Of a stretch of DNA of 36,567 nt, positions 23,237-35,063 are shown piece after piece; the first letter of the stretch is position 1; every line of letters begins with the position of its first letter. Where the stretch lies: positions 99,639,480 to 99,676,046 of the forward strand of contig NC_068986.1 in the NCBI RefSeq assembly GCF_001194135.2. The letters run 5' to 3'. A program made the position numbers and the translations under genes. Origin of the DNA: Octopus bimaculoides. Taxonomy: Eukaryota. The notes beneath the pieces are model-generated. The model saw only the letters and a program-made list of their open reading frames with translations, was not told where the DNA came from and made no database searches.

Positions 23237-23551
23237 TATTGATAATAAGGAGAATGAAGAATTTGAACATTCAAATTTTATGTTCATTTCCAGTTAGTTT
23301 GTTATAATAATAATAATCCATCACGTCTTACGATCACACCAACTGCATATTATTACATATTTATATGCAGCAATTTATGCATTATTCGTATCAACGTACT
23401 AATAATGCATAAATTGCTGCATATGAATATGCAACAATATGCAGTTGGTGCGACCGAAAGACGTGTTGGATTATTATTATTATGAATAAACTAACTGGAA
23501 ATAAACATAAAATTTGAACGTTTAAATTCTCCTTTCTCCGTATTGTCTATA
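23237..23551. repeat. Imperfect palindrome, about 150-bp arms, 14-bp spacer
   Basis: Hand pairing of 23237-23386 with 23401-23551 gives 16 non-Watson-Crick pairs and one bulge (about 89% paired). Confidence 0.93.
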
Positions 23552-23704
23552 GCGTACTTTACAATCTAAGCAGCCAAGAACTAAACTGTAATATCAGACG
23601 GGAGCTAAATGAAGTTTACAAAAATATGCCCCATCAGAAGAAACCAGCCTTGACTTTTTACTCAGAGAAATTCGGTATCTGCCTAGATATTATATCACTC
23701 CTAT

Positions 23705-23742
<38 letters not shown>

Positions 23743-24311
23743 NNNNNNNNNNNNNNNNNNNNNNNNNNNNNNNNNNNNNNNNNNNNNNNNNNNNNNNNNN
23801 NNNNNNNNNNNNNNNNNNNNNNNNNNNNNNNNNNNNNNNNNNNNNNNNNNNNNNNNNNNNNNNNNNNNNNNNNNNNNNNNNNNNNNNNNNNNNNNNNNNN
23901 NNNNNNNNNNNNNNNNNNNNNNNNNNNNNNNNNNNNNNNNNNNNNNNNNNNNNNNNNNNNNNNNNNNNNNNNNNNNNNNNNNNNNNNNNNNNNNNNNNNN
24001 NNNNNNNNNNNNNNNNNNNNNNNNNNNNNNNNNNNNNNNNNNNNNNNNNNNNNNNNNNNNNNNNNNNNNNNNNNNNNNNNNNNNNNNNNNNNNNNNNNNN
24101 NNNNNNNNNNNNNNNNNNNNNNNNNNNNNNNNNNNNNNNNNNNNNNNNNNNNNNNNNNNNNNNNNNNNNNNNNNNNNNNNNNNNNNNNNNNTATATATAT
24201 ACAGATATTACAATAATTATATACTTAATTATAACAAATGATTGGCATTACGACTCTCCATGCGCTGAAAAAAAAAGACGCCAAGTGACCGCCAGCAGCA
24301 TCTTTTCAGCG

Positions 24312-24546
24312 CAAATATCTAATATACCCAATATAATCTGGTGCTCATACACATTTAACTACTACAAATTATATCTACAACAATTAGTATCATAAAATAG
24401 GGTTTATATAATTACTTATATAATAACTTTACTTAATTTGTGTATTATATAAACCCTATTTTATGATACTAATTGTTGTAGATATAATTTGTAGTAGTTA
24501 AATGTGTATATTAGCATGAGATTATATTATGTATATTACATATTTA
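24312..24546. repeat. AT-rich palindrome with a perfect 66-bp core
   Basis: 24347-24412 is the reverse complement of 24444-24509; 31-bp spacer; imperfect extension of about 35 bp each side. Confidence 0.93.
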
Positions 24547-24887
24547 GAATAAGATTAAACTAAGAATTTTTTTTATAAATAAATGAATAAATAAATTAAT
24601 AAATAGATTAATTATAGTAATTTAACTTAACTTATGTATATACGTATTTAAGTTTTAGATTATTTAGACTTGATGATTTTCCAGGAAATGATATACTACA
24701 GTTAATTTCACCAGTACTTTAATGAATCAAAAATCAGATCCGCTCGCGGAAAAAAAAAATACATACATCAGATTCAAAAACACCGCTACAAGCGAAAGTT
24801 CCTACACATAAAGGAAAGAGGACCAGAGAAACTGTAAACCAAATCCCTTTTTTTTTTTGCTATCTTCATTTCTCCATTTTCAGGGAT

Positions 24888-25026
24888 GGGGAACTGTGCT
24901 CAACTGGTACTTTTTTTATCGACCCAAATAGGATGAAAGGCAAAGTCGACATTTAAACTTAGAGCCGAAAGACCGCCGAAATTCCACTAAGCACTTTGCC
25001 TGTCGTGCCCACGATTCTGCCAGTTC
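24888..25026 (-). mobile_element. SINE family C, diverged monomer
   Basis: Reverse complement ctggcagaatcgt...gtcgactttgcctttcatcct...gggtcgataaaaaaaagtaccagttg matches 8863-9000. Confidence 0.8.
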
Positions 25027-25055
25027 TTCACTTAATATTAAACATTAAACTTTAA

Positions 25056-25441
25056 TGCATTATATGGATAATTTATCCTCATCACGCTGTTTATAGCATT
25101 ATCACGCGTTTGAGAAATAAATTTATTTCTGTATCTTACAATACATCTCAACGCTTCTAAAAAAATAAAAAAAAAATAAAAAGTTTACTTTCATCGTAAG
25201 TGGAATTTAACGTTAGCGTCTTATGAAGCTAAATTTATAAGTCGTAAAATTGCAGAAGAGTTCGTTGCGGGGCAGTTTGGTTTAATGGTAAAACATTTGA
25301 CATGTAATCACAGATATATGAGTTCGAGTCTCATGGCTGGCCGGTAACGTATTTATCTGCATTATATGGATAATTTATCCTGATCACTCTATTTATAGCA
25401 TTATCACGCGTTTGCAGAAATAAATTCATTTCTGCATCTTA
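25056..25441 (+). repeat. 83/84-bp direct repeats (25056-25138 and 25358-25441) bracketing a tRNA-like sequence
   Basis: tgcattatatggataatttatcct.atcac.ct.tttatagcattatcacgcgtttg.agaaataaatt.atttctg.atctta; about 6 differences. Confidence 0.92.
25271..25342 (+). tRNA. tRNA-Thr(UGU)-like sequence, probably a pseudogene
   Basis: 72-nt cloverleaf: acceptor GGCAGUU/GGCUGGC (1 mismatch, 2 GU), D stem GUUU/AAAC, anticodon stem UUUGA/UCACA with loop CAUGUAA (U33 replaced by A), perfect T arm AUGAG-UUCGAGU-CUCAU; A box TGGTTTAATGG and B box GTTCGAGTC. Confidence 0.7.
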
Positions 25442-26807
25442 TTAAATTTTAAAGAAATTGACGCACTATGTCAAAACAATTAATATGTTAAAGCTGCAAT
25501 CGAAGGAAAACACAAAGAAAAATCGTGAACTGCTACATAACAAACAAAACGTAGAAACGAATCAAGCATGTTTATGAAAACTAGTTCATCTCCTGCCAAA
25601 GTCCAAATGCAACTATTAACAATACACAAACAGAAAAACAACATGGAAGTGCTTGCTATCACCAACCAATACATGACCACAACTACGTACAAACTTCATT
25701 TTTGTCTTCTTAATTTTTAGTCACTACCTGCAGACATTGAACATAATCAAACAGTAAAAATAACACTTAACAAAACCCAAAAAGCAAATAACGATTATAC
25801 GCTATTGTGTAGTCTAATACCATACAGGTTGATATGTTAAATGTTTGTAAAAACCAGATCATACCCTGATAAAAGACAAGAGATAAGAGTGTACATGAAC
25901 ACACAAACAACACCATTACCTAATATGGTAAATTTCCAAAAACTGGCATTGCTTAGTATTGTTGTTACTTTGTAATCTTTATAATTTCTTGCAAATACAT
26001 TTTGTTGCAGATTTTTATTACCTAGAGGCAATCACTAAGCTCTTCGTATTCTCTAAGCTATCCGTTGCAGATATTCAGTGTTGTTTGTAGGAGAATTGTT
26101 ATCACGCCATCGACCGGTTTTAGATTTAATGCTTATTGTTGGTGTGAAATGCCAATTTATCAGTTAAAATAAAATCTGATGCCATTTAATCTTCGGCTCC
26201 TGGTTAAAGGAAAACGACCGGCAGCTTCAACACAGCCGTTGCTTCATATACATTATCAACGATCTACTGACCGAGAGCAAAGAACGGTTTTAAATTTCTG
26301 TCTTACACGCGATCAGGTGATCTGTCATCCTTCTTGCATTCCGGATTCCATACAAATGATGAACATTTTGGACAGGATCTACTAACAATAAATCAATGAT
26401 TTTCAACGGGATCTTGATTTGATTCCAGCGTAGATACTATATATGTGTATTATTATTATGATATATGCATATANNNNNNNNNNNNNNNNNNNNNNNNNNN
26501 NNNNNNNNNNNNNNNNNNNNNNNNNNNNNNNNNNNNNNNNNNNNNNNNNNNNNNNNNNNNNNNNNNNNNNNNNNNNNNNNNNNNNNNNNNNNNNNNNNNN
26601 NNNNNNNNNNNNNNNNNNNNNNNNNNNNNNNNNNNNNNNNNNNNNNNNNNNNNNNNNNNNNNNNNNNNNNNNNNNNNNNNNNNNNNNNNNNNNNNNNNNN
26701 NNNNNNNNNNNNNNNNNNNNNNNNNNNNNNNNNNNNNNNNNNNNTATATATATATATATGTATATATATACACGTCTGTGTGTATGTGTGTGTGTGTGTG
26801 TGTGTGT

Positions 26808-26839
<32 letters not shown>

Positions 26840-27277
26840 TTATTGGTAATTGAATTAAGAATACTCAAATCCGGAGCAACTACCGCAAGGCATCCTGACA
26901 GAGGTCCTTGCATTTCCGTCAATCTACAACACTGGGTCCCCCACCATTTTTTTAGCGAGCCTGAATAAATAAAGAGCAAAGTTAACTTCGGTGAAGTTTG
27001 AACTCAGTTTGCAGAGTGTCGGAACAAATACTTCGTTGCAGGAAATCAATACCCAATCTTCTTCAAATATCTCCTGTAGATTGAGGAAGGATACGTTGGA
27101 TAATATGCGTATAAGTACATTATATCAAAGGGAAGAATGAATAAAGCACAGTCGTAGTTAAGGATAGAGAGCAACAGGGAAAACAGGTTGGTCAGTTTTG
27201 AGTACAGAATAACACATATGCTGTGGCTTACTACTTATGGAAACGGAATATGAGACAAATCGATATAGCATGGGGCA

Positions 27278-27392
27278 AAACAATAACAACAGCAACAGCA
27301 ACAACAACGACAACGACAGCGGAAGCAGAACAATAGCAACAACAAAAAACAGCAAGAACAGTGGCAATAACTACAACAACAGCAACAATACT
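27278..27392. repeat. Degenerate (CAA/CAG)n trinucleotide tract
   Basis: Direct read. Confidence 0.85.
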
Positions 27393-28067
27393 ATGTAAAT
27401 GAATGAAGAAGACGTGTGAGTGATCCGTATTTATTTCCGACATATACGAACCGTAATGGCGGAGGCCACATATGTACACCTCCCCGACTCTCTCACTCAA
27501 ACATGCATACAATCAGCTCGTTTTCATGTATATGTGTGTGCGCCCCATTAGAGTTGTGAGTGTGTGTGTGTGTGAGTGGGCGTATTCGTAGCGTCCGTTT
27601 GGAAATCTCTCTCTAATGCACAAACACATTTTTACTATACTCAACTTGACAGCTTGGTTACACCATAGGAATTTACCGATAGTACTTTAATAGGACATAT
27701 ATATATGTATATATATATATATNNNNNNNNNNNNNNNNNNNNNNNNNNNNNNNNNNNNNNNNNNNNNNNNNNNNNNNNNNNNNNNNNNNNNNNNNNNNNN
27801 NNNNNNNNNNNNNNNNNNNNNNNNNNNNNNNNNNNNNNNNNNNNNNNNNNNNNNNNNNNNNNNNNNNNNNNNNNNNNNNNNNNNNNNNNNNNNNNNNNNN
27901 NNNNNNNNNNNNNNNNNNNNNNNNNNNNNNNNNNNNNNNNNNNNNNNNNNNNNNNNNNNNNNNNNNNNNNNNNNNNNNNNNNNNNNNNNNNNNNNNNNNN
28001 NNNNNNNNNNNNNNNNNNNNNNNNNNNNNNNNNNNNNNNNNNNNNNNNNNNNNNNNNNNNNNNNNNN

Positions 28068-28098
<31 letters not shown>

Positions 28099-29510
28099 CA
28101 TATATATGTTACGGAAATTGTCAGTAAATTATATATATAAAGAAAAAGCTAATCTACAACATAAATCTTCTGGCCGTGTTGCTACTTGTGGTTGCTGTAA
28201 GAACAATGTGATTGAACATAGAGGTCATTGTTGTTTAACCCCAGGACAGTTCTGAATGATCAGACCAATGCTCTAAAGTATTCCAGTATCTCACTTGTCA
28301 CTTGTATTTTCTTGCCAGGGTGATTAGTATTTTCATTTATTTAATTCTAACATATTTTATTCATCTACCCTTCGATCCTTAACTTGAACTAAATATTAAG
28401 AAGAAAATAAAACTACGTGTCAAAGACTGGAGATGACTCGGGACATGTTTCCAGGATTTTCTTGAGATATATGTGAAAAGATATTATTCGTCTCACTTGC
28501 CGGAGTGGTGAAAGATAAAACAGAAAATATTTGTTGGAGAAGTGCAATTATTGTAAACATATTTTGTGTATAAATCATTAAAACACTAACTAGTAAATAT
28601 AAACAGCGAAGAAATAGTAAATGTGAAATTAGCAAATATACTTTTCTGATAAATGAGACAACTATGAAAATGTTTGGTTTTACTCTGGACGTATTGGCAA
28701 GAAATTTTCTTCCATATATGTCTTAGTTCACTGTATATTCCATATGCCTTAAAGTCCTCCTTATATTCTATAGGCTTCTGCATAAGCTTTTCCTACTTTT
28801 TATAGTCTGATGTGATCATTATTTTTGTTCCCACTAACAATTGCGCAGAGCACAAGGCAATACAAATACATTGTGTATCACTGGTAGTCGTGTCAGTGCA
28901 AAGCATCTATCGTGTTTTCGTTTTTCCGAATGAAACAAAGACAAAATTGAAAATGATAAGATTTTATTACCAGCAGCTGGTGTTTTTCATTATTACATTG
29001 CATACAATAGTTGCAAATTGAAGAAGAGCAAGGAGATAATTTACAGACTTTCTCACTAACACTATTAGAAGACTTCTAACTATATTAAGGTGCTGCTAAA
29101 ATTTCTCAGTCAAATGAGATCAATGGGTATATCAATACGTCAGCCATTTAGAATTTGGGATGGTGGAGAATATGTGTAAGATGTGCCGCTCCTGTTTAAA
29201 TATTTTGAAGAAAATGAAACACCCACTAACCAATTTATCAAACCAACTAGAATGTTCGTTGAAGATCCGGTATGCCACTCACCCTCAAAAAAGAGAAGCT
29301 CATTTGCAAAGTTCAATTTATAATTTGTTATTCTCCAAACAATTTACGCTGATTAACATCATAACTGGTATGGCTCTAAAGTTTTTAAAACACCAACGCC
29401 GTAACAAAAGTTTTGTGAAATTAAATGTTCATAAGTATTTTGTTATTCATTCATATATTAGGATGTTACCAGTCGCGCACATACAGAGAAACACGCACAT
29501 ACTCACACAT

Positions 29511-29566
<56 letters not shown>

Positions 29567-29589
29567 GTATATAAATATATAAATACACA

Positions 29590-30856
29590 CACAAGTTGGT
29601 AATGTTTTATAACTACAAAGAATACTTTCATTCATCAATGTATGCACCCATATAGTCAATACACTTTTGCCATTTCAACGGTAGCTTGTCTAGCCCAGAA
29701 CTGTAAAAGCCTGGCAATCTAGAGTCAATAAAATCTTGGAAGTCTTGTTTTACAGCATCATCAGAATTAATTTTTTTTCTTATCAAAATCTTATACAAAT
29801 TCTGGAAGAAGTGGCAGTCAGCGGGGTCAAGATCAGGTGAATATGGTGGATGATGGAGAACTTCCAACATCAACTCCTCTATCTTTACCAATGCCATTTT
29901 TGCGATGTGTAGTCTGGCGTTGTCTTGCAATAAAATCGGAGTGGAACTCTTGACTAATCTAGGTTGTTTTATGTAAGTTTCTGCATCATTTGGTCCAGCT
30001 GGCTGCAGTATACTTCGGCCGTGATTGATAAAGCAGGTTTGATGAAATCATAATGGATCACATCTGCGCAAGACCACCAAACACACTTCCATCAGCGTCT
30101 TTTGCTGACATTCTTCTTTTTGGACTGTGTTTTGGTAGCTAGCCTTTGTCCAACCATTGTGCTGAACGTTTACAGTTGTTGTATTGGATCCATTTATCAT
30201 CACATGTTAGAATTCCATTAAAAGATTATTCATTTTTGTGACGAGAAAGTAGCATAATCCAGGCTTCGAAACGTTGCTGTTTCTGACTTTCATTGAGTTC
30301 ATGTGGATCCCACTTATCTAACTTTTTAACTTTACCGATTTGAACTAGGTACGTTAATATTGTTAGCTTGCTAATACCAAACAACATTGATAATTCATGG
30401 GGAATTTGAAATGAATCTGACTCGACGGGGGCTTTCATTTCGTCATTATCCACCTTTGTTTCTGGTCGACCGCGTTGCTCATTTGTGAGGTCAAAGTTAC
30501 CAGAACGAAATTTTGCAAACCAATTTCATACTGTCCGCTGTGTAATAACATTAGAATGAAATACTCCATTAATATTCTGAGCTGTCTGTGATGCTGTATT
30601 TCCAAGAAAGAACTCATATTTCAAAACTACGAATTTCCGACTTATCCATCTCTAAACAAAAATAGCAAAAAAAAAAAAAAAAAAAAAAAAAACGATTTTT
30701 AAATACTTTGTAAAGCGTAAAATAGGTTAGAATAAAGAAATAGATGTGTCAGCTTTTTAACAAAAAATAAAGGTTGTCAAAATATAATAATGGCGCAAAA
30801 TGAGCACCTGTCAAATTTTACCATATACCTTACTACAAATTTCATACTTGACGACC

Positions 30857-30859
<3 letters not shown>
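29590..30859 (-). mobile_element. Third long mariner (DD34D) relic, different subfamily; transposase pseudogene about 30649-29628
   Basis: MDKSEIR..KYEFFLGNTASQTAQNIN, WFAKFRSG, LDKWDPHELNESQK; QDNARLH followed by exactly 34 residues to the D of YSPDLDPAD; 5' terminus ttaggtcgtcaagtatgaaatt resembles a Mos1-type TIR. Left boundary approximate. Confidence 0.9.
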
Positions 30860-30895
<36 letters not shown>

Positions 30896-32432
30896 TATAT
30901 GAATATACATACGTGCACACGCACAACACACACACAACCATACAAACACATACACATACATAATTCAGCATACACAACTGTCAATGCAGGTATGTTATTT
31001 TAATCTTCATATCTCTCCTTTCTCCATCCGTTTTTGTACCTTGTCAGCTCACTTCTTTTTGTAGAAGAGCAAGGCTCGAAACATGAAAAACTTCCATTTT
31101 TTTCCTGAGCATCAAATTAAGCACCCTGTTTTATGTTCACTCTTCTCTTATTTTTTTTGTTTAATTTTAAACTAGATATATATATAATCAAATAAGTAAC
31201 AGGATGTCAAGTATTAATGCAATACGACCATTTCAAGCGACTCCATTTAATTGAACAATGCAAGCATTACATCAGTTTAAATACAGTGCCATCTTCAGTT
31301 GCAAGAAATAGGGTTTTCAAAAGACAAGATATATTAATATAATTTTTCTCAAATATTTTATCAGAGCTAGAGAATGAAAGAATTTCATGTTGCCACTATT
31401 GCAGCAAGAATGAGCTAAGAGAAGAACGACTACAACTTTGGAGTGACATAGAATGGAACACAGTGGGGGTAATAATATTGTAATTCATTTCTAATTCTTT
31501 TAGCTATCTCCTTATCATCAACAAATAATCTAAAGCTAGCAGACTGCGTCTATTGAGAATAAAGAGCATTACTCACACACGCACGTACACACACACAAAC
31601 ACACACATACATAATGTAATTAAGATTTAGTTGAATTTGGTACTTAAATTGAAGTATAGTCCCCACGCTTCATATATATATGTGTGTGTGTGTGTATAGT
31701 TACTTAAGGTTTGGTATAGTTCCCACACTTCAAAAATATTACTTGAATATTGATTATCAAGACTCTGTGTAGAGGTGCTTCTACCTAATATTCCTGCTGT
31801 TTGTGCAAACAACGCAACCGGGCAAAGTGAAGATATCCGCTCTTGGTAATTCAGGCATGTACTTGTTATATATATTTTATATAAAGGTACTTTCTCTAGT
31901 ATTTTCGAAGTGTAGATTCCAAGTTAGGGGAACCGAATATGAATATGTAACAAAGATGTACAGGTGTCAATTCATTACGGCCCTTTGAAGCGGCTCCATT
32001 CAATTGATTAATGAGAACATTCTGTCAATTTGAAAGAAACCACTCTCTTCGGATGACCGCATAGGTATCACACATAGAGGATAGAAAAATTTACATCAAT
32101 AATGGAGACCAAAATATTGACATTGTTTCCTATTGTTATATCTGTGGCAGAATAGGCTTAGAAAATAATGCCTACCTTGTTAATCCTACTATGATTTAAA
32201 GAGTAACAGAGGAAATAGTAGGGGGGTCAAGATAAAAGAAGTGGCGACGTAGATACTTATACCTAGAAGATTTATGTAGCATTTAGAATTAAATCCCCAG
32301 GGAGTTGTCAACTGTATTCTCTTTGATGATGATAAATCAATTAAAGCCAGAGCAGAGGATGCAGTAATTGACGTTGCAGTAATTGACTGGTAAGAGAATG
32401 ACTGATGGAGAAGGGGTGGACACTGGAAGAAA

Positions 32433-32478
<46 letters not shown>

Positions 32479-32480
<2 letters not shown>

Positions 32481-32686
32481 CGGAGATGTACTTTCATAGC
32501 AAGTAACCTGGTCTGAGATCATGTGCAGAAACAAAAACAATTGCAGCGTGTAAGGTGTTTATAAGCCATTAAAAACCACAGAAAAACCTTTAGATTCACT
32601 TCAACATTTCATTTTAATTTGTCAAAATATTTTCGTCGCTTTAAGACCGCGACGTGGTCACTGACAAAATTCCGTGATGCAGCAAT
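32479..32686 (+). repeat. Dispersed repeat, copy 2 (uninterrupted; carries the empty site of the 3860-4037 MITE)
   Basis: agattcac at 32592-32599 (reverse complement gtgaatct) corresponds to the single-copy target gtgaaact. Confidence 0.8.
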
Positions 32687-32698
32687 TATATATATATA

Positions 32699-33155
32699 TA
32701 TAAAATCCATATTCAATTAAATGGCGATTTAATGTTTAATAATTATTCATTGATAAATTGATAATCAGTCATTCCTACAATTGTTTCAATTTGTCTCATT
32801 CAATTAATCACAAATTTATATAATAAATCTGCATTCATAAATTATGAGCAAAATATCATATATTAGACATTAAAAAATTATGTGTTGACCAAGCTGTTCT
32901 TTCCAGCAGAAAGAACAGATTGGTCTACTCTGCTGGTAAGAACAGATGGGTCAACATGAAATTTCTTAATGTCTAATATTTCACTGATGATATATTGCTC
33001 ATAACTTACAAATGCAGATTTATTGCATAAATTTATCATTTATTCAATGAATACAAATTGAAACAATTGTAGGGATAAATGATTATCAATTTATTAGTAA
33101 ATAATTATTAAGCATTAAATCTCCATTTTCTTTTCTTAATTGAATATGGATTATA
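32699..33155. repeat. Long imperfect AT-rich palindrome, about 210-bp arms, 18-bp spacer
   Basis: Paired segments include aatccatattcaattaa/ttaattgaatatggatt, cctacaattgtttcaatttgt/acaaattgaaacaattgtagg, tattagacattaa/ttaatgtctaata and ctgttctttccagcaga/tctgctggtaagaacag; several indels. Confidence 0.9.
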
Positions 33156-33235
33156 TGCTTAATATGTGCCTATTGATTAAGGGAGATTTATTTCCCAAAG
33201 ATATTAAGTATTCTTGGATGCAATGATCCATTGTG

Positions 33236-33268
<33 letters not shown>

Positions 33269-33450
33269 CTCTCTCTCTGTGTGTGTGTGTGTGTGTGTGT
33301 GTGTATACACACACACTTAAGACTTAATACAGTTTTTGAAGTGTAAAATAGATTAAAGCAAAATATTATTCCAAAAAGAATGTTATGAAATCTTTTATGA
33401 GGATGTTACTAACATTCTTAGGGAAGCATTTTTTTAATACATACGTAGAT

Positions 33451-33523
33451 AGGCACACGATTGAGTGCGTGGTAAGAAGCTTCTTTCCCAACCACATGGT
33501 TCCGAGTTCTGTTTCACTGCGTG
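33451..33523 (+). mobile_element. SINE family A tRNA-like head, rest lost in a gap
   Basis: gtgcgtggtaagaagcttctttcccaaccacatggttccgagttctgtttcactgcgtg is the reverse complement of the heads of the minus-strand copies. Confidence 0.8.
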
Positions 33524-34240
33524 NNNNNNNNNNNNNNNNNNNNNNNNNNNNNNNNNNNNNNNNNNNNNNNNNNNNNNNNNNNNNNNNNNNNNNNNNNNNN
33601 NNNNNNNNNNNNNNNNNNNNNNNNNNNNNNNNNNNNNNNNNNNNNNNNNNNNNNNNNNNNNNNNNNNNNNNNNNNNNNNNNNNNNNNNNNNNNNNNNNNN
33701 NNNNNNNNNNNNNNNNNNNNNNNNNNNNNNNNNNNNNNNNNNNNNNNNNNNNNNNNNNNNNNNNNNNNNNNNNNNNNNNNNNNNNNNNNNNNNNNNNNNN
33801 NNNNNNNNNNNNNNNNNNNNNNNNNNNNNNNNNNNNNNNNNNNNNNNNNNNNNNNNNNNNNNNNNNNNNNNNNNNNNNNNNNNNNNNNNNNNNNNNNNNN
33901 NNNNNNNNNNNNNNNNNNNNNNNNNNNNNNNNNNNNNNNNNNNNNNNNNNNNNNNNNNNNNNNNNNNNNNNNNNNNNNNNNNNNNNNNNNNNNNNNNNNN
34001 NNNNNNNNNNNNNNNNNNNNNNNNNNNNNNNNNNNNNNNNNNNNNNNNNNNNNNNNNNNNNNNNNNNNNNNNNNNNNNNNNNNNNNNNNNNNNNNNNNNN
34101 NNNNNNNNNNNNNNNNNNNNNNNNNNNNNNNNNNNNNNNNNNNNNNNNNNNNNNNNNNNNNNNNNNNNNNNNNNNNNNNNNNNNNNNNNNNNNNNNNNNN
34201 NNNNNNNNNNNNNNNNNNNNNNNNNNNNNNNNTATATATA

Positions 34241-34663
34241 TTCTTTTACTGTTTTATTTGTTTCAGTCATTTGACTGCGGCCATGCTGGAGCACCGCCTT
34301 TAGTCGAAGAAATTGACCACAGGACTTATTGTTTGCAAGCCTAGTACTTATTCTATCGGTCTCTATGGCCGAACCGCTAGGTTACGGGGACGTAAACACA
34401 TCAGCATCGGTTGTCAAGCGATGTTATGGGACAAACACTCACACACACACACACAGACATATACACACACACACATACACACATATATATACATATATAC
34501 GACGGGCTTCTTTTAGTTTCCGTCTACCAAATCGACTCACAAGGCTTTGGTCGGCCCGAGGCTATAGTAGAAGACATTTGCCCAAAGTGCCATGCAGTGG
34601 GACTGAACCCGGAACCATGTGGTTAGTAAGCGAGCTACTTACCACACAGCCACTCCAGCGTCT
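34241..34663 (-). mobile_element. SINE family A, essentially full length
   Basis: Complete head (reverse complement gctggagtggctgtgtggtaag...ggttccgggttcagtcc), CORE-like tgggcaaatgtctt segment, internal (CA/TA)n and 3' part. Confidence 0.93.
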
Positions 34664-34787
34664 ATGTATGTACATGCACTTGTATCTTCTGCTTAGAAAA
34701 CAAATTCTGCACTTACACTTGCAACTCTTCTGCTCATGTGGCTTGACTCCATTCTTTTCCAGTTGTTCGTACAAACATCATGTTATG

Positions 34788-34789
34788 AA

Positions 34790-34844
<55 letters not shown>

Positions 34845-34848
34845 GTTA

Positions 34849-34879
<31 letters not shown>

Positions 34880-34896
34880 CATTATTATTATTGTTA

Positions 34897-34935
<39 letters not shown>

Positions 34936-34992
34936 CATTATTATTATTATCATTATTATTATTATTATTATTATTGTTATTATCATTATTTA

Positions 34993-35062
<70 letters not shown>
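34788..35062. repeat. (ATT)n microsatellite, about 275 bp, interrupted
   Basis: Direct read. Confidence 0.97.

Positions 35063-35063
<1 letters not shown>

Noticed and set aside
26040-26420. GC-richer stretch with short open frames on both strands
   Set aside because: No protein family or repeat recognised; all frames are interrupted.
32301-32389. Possible exon GVVNCILFDDDKSIKARAEDAVIDVAVIDW with cag| and |gtaaga (similar case at about 31773-31849)
   Set aside because: Splice-like sites are common by chance in AT-rich DNA; no homology recognised, and it contains a simple 12-bp tandem duplication.
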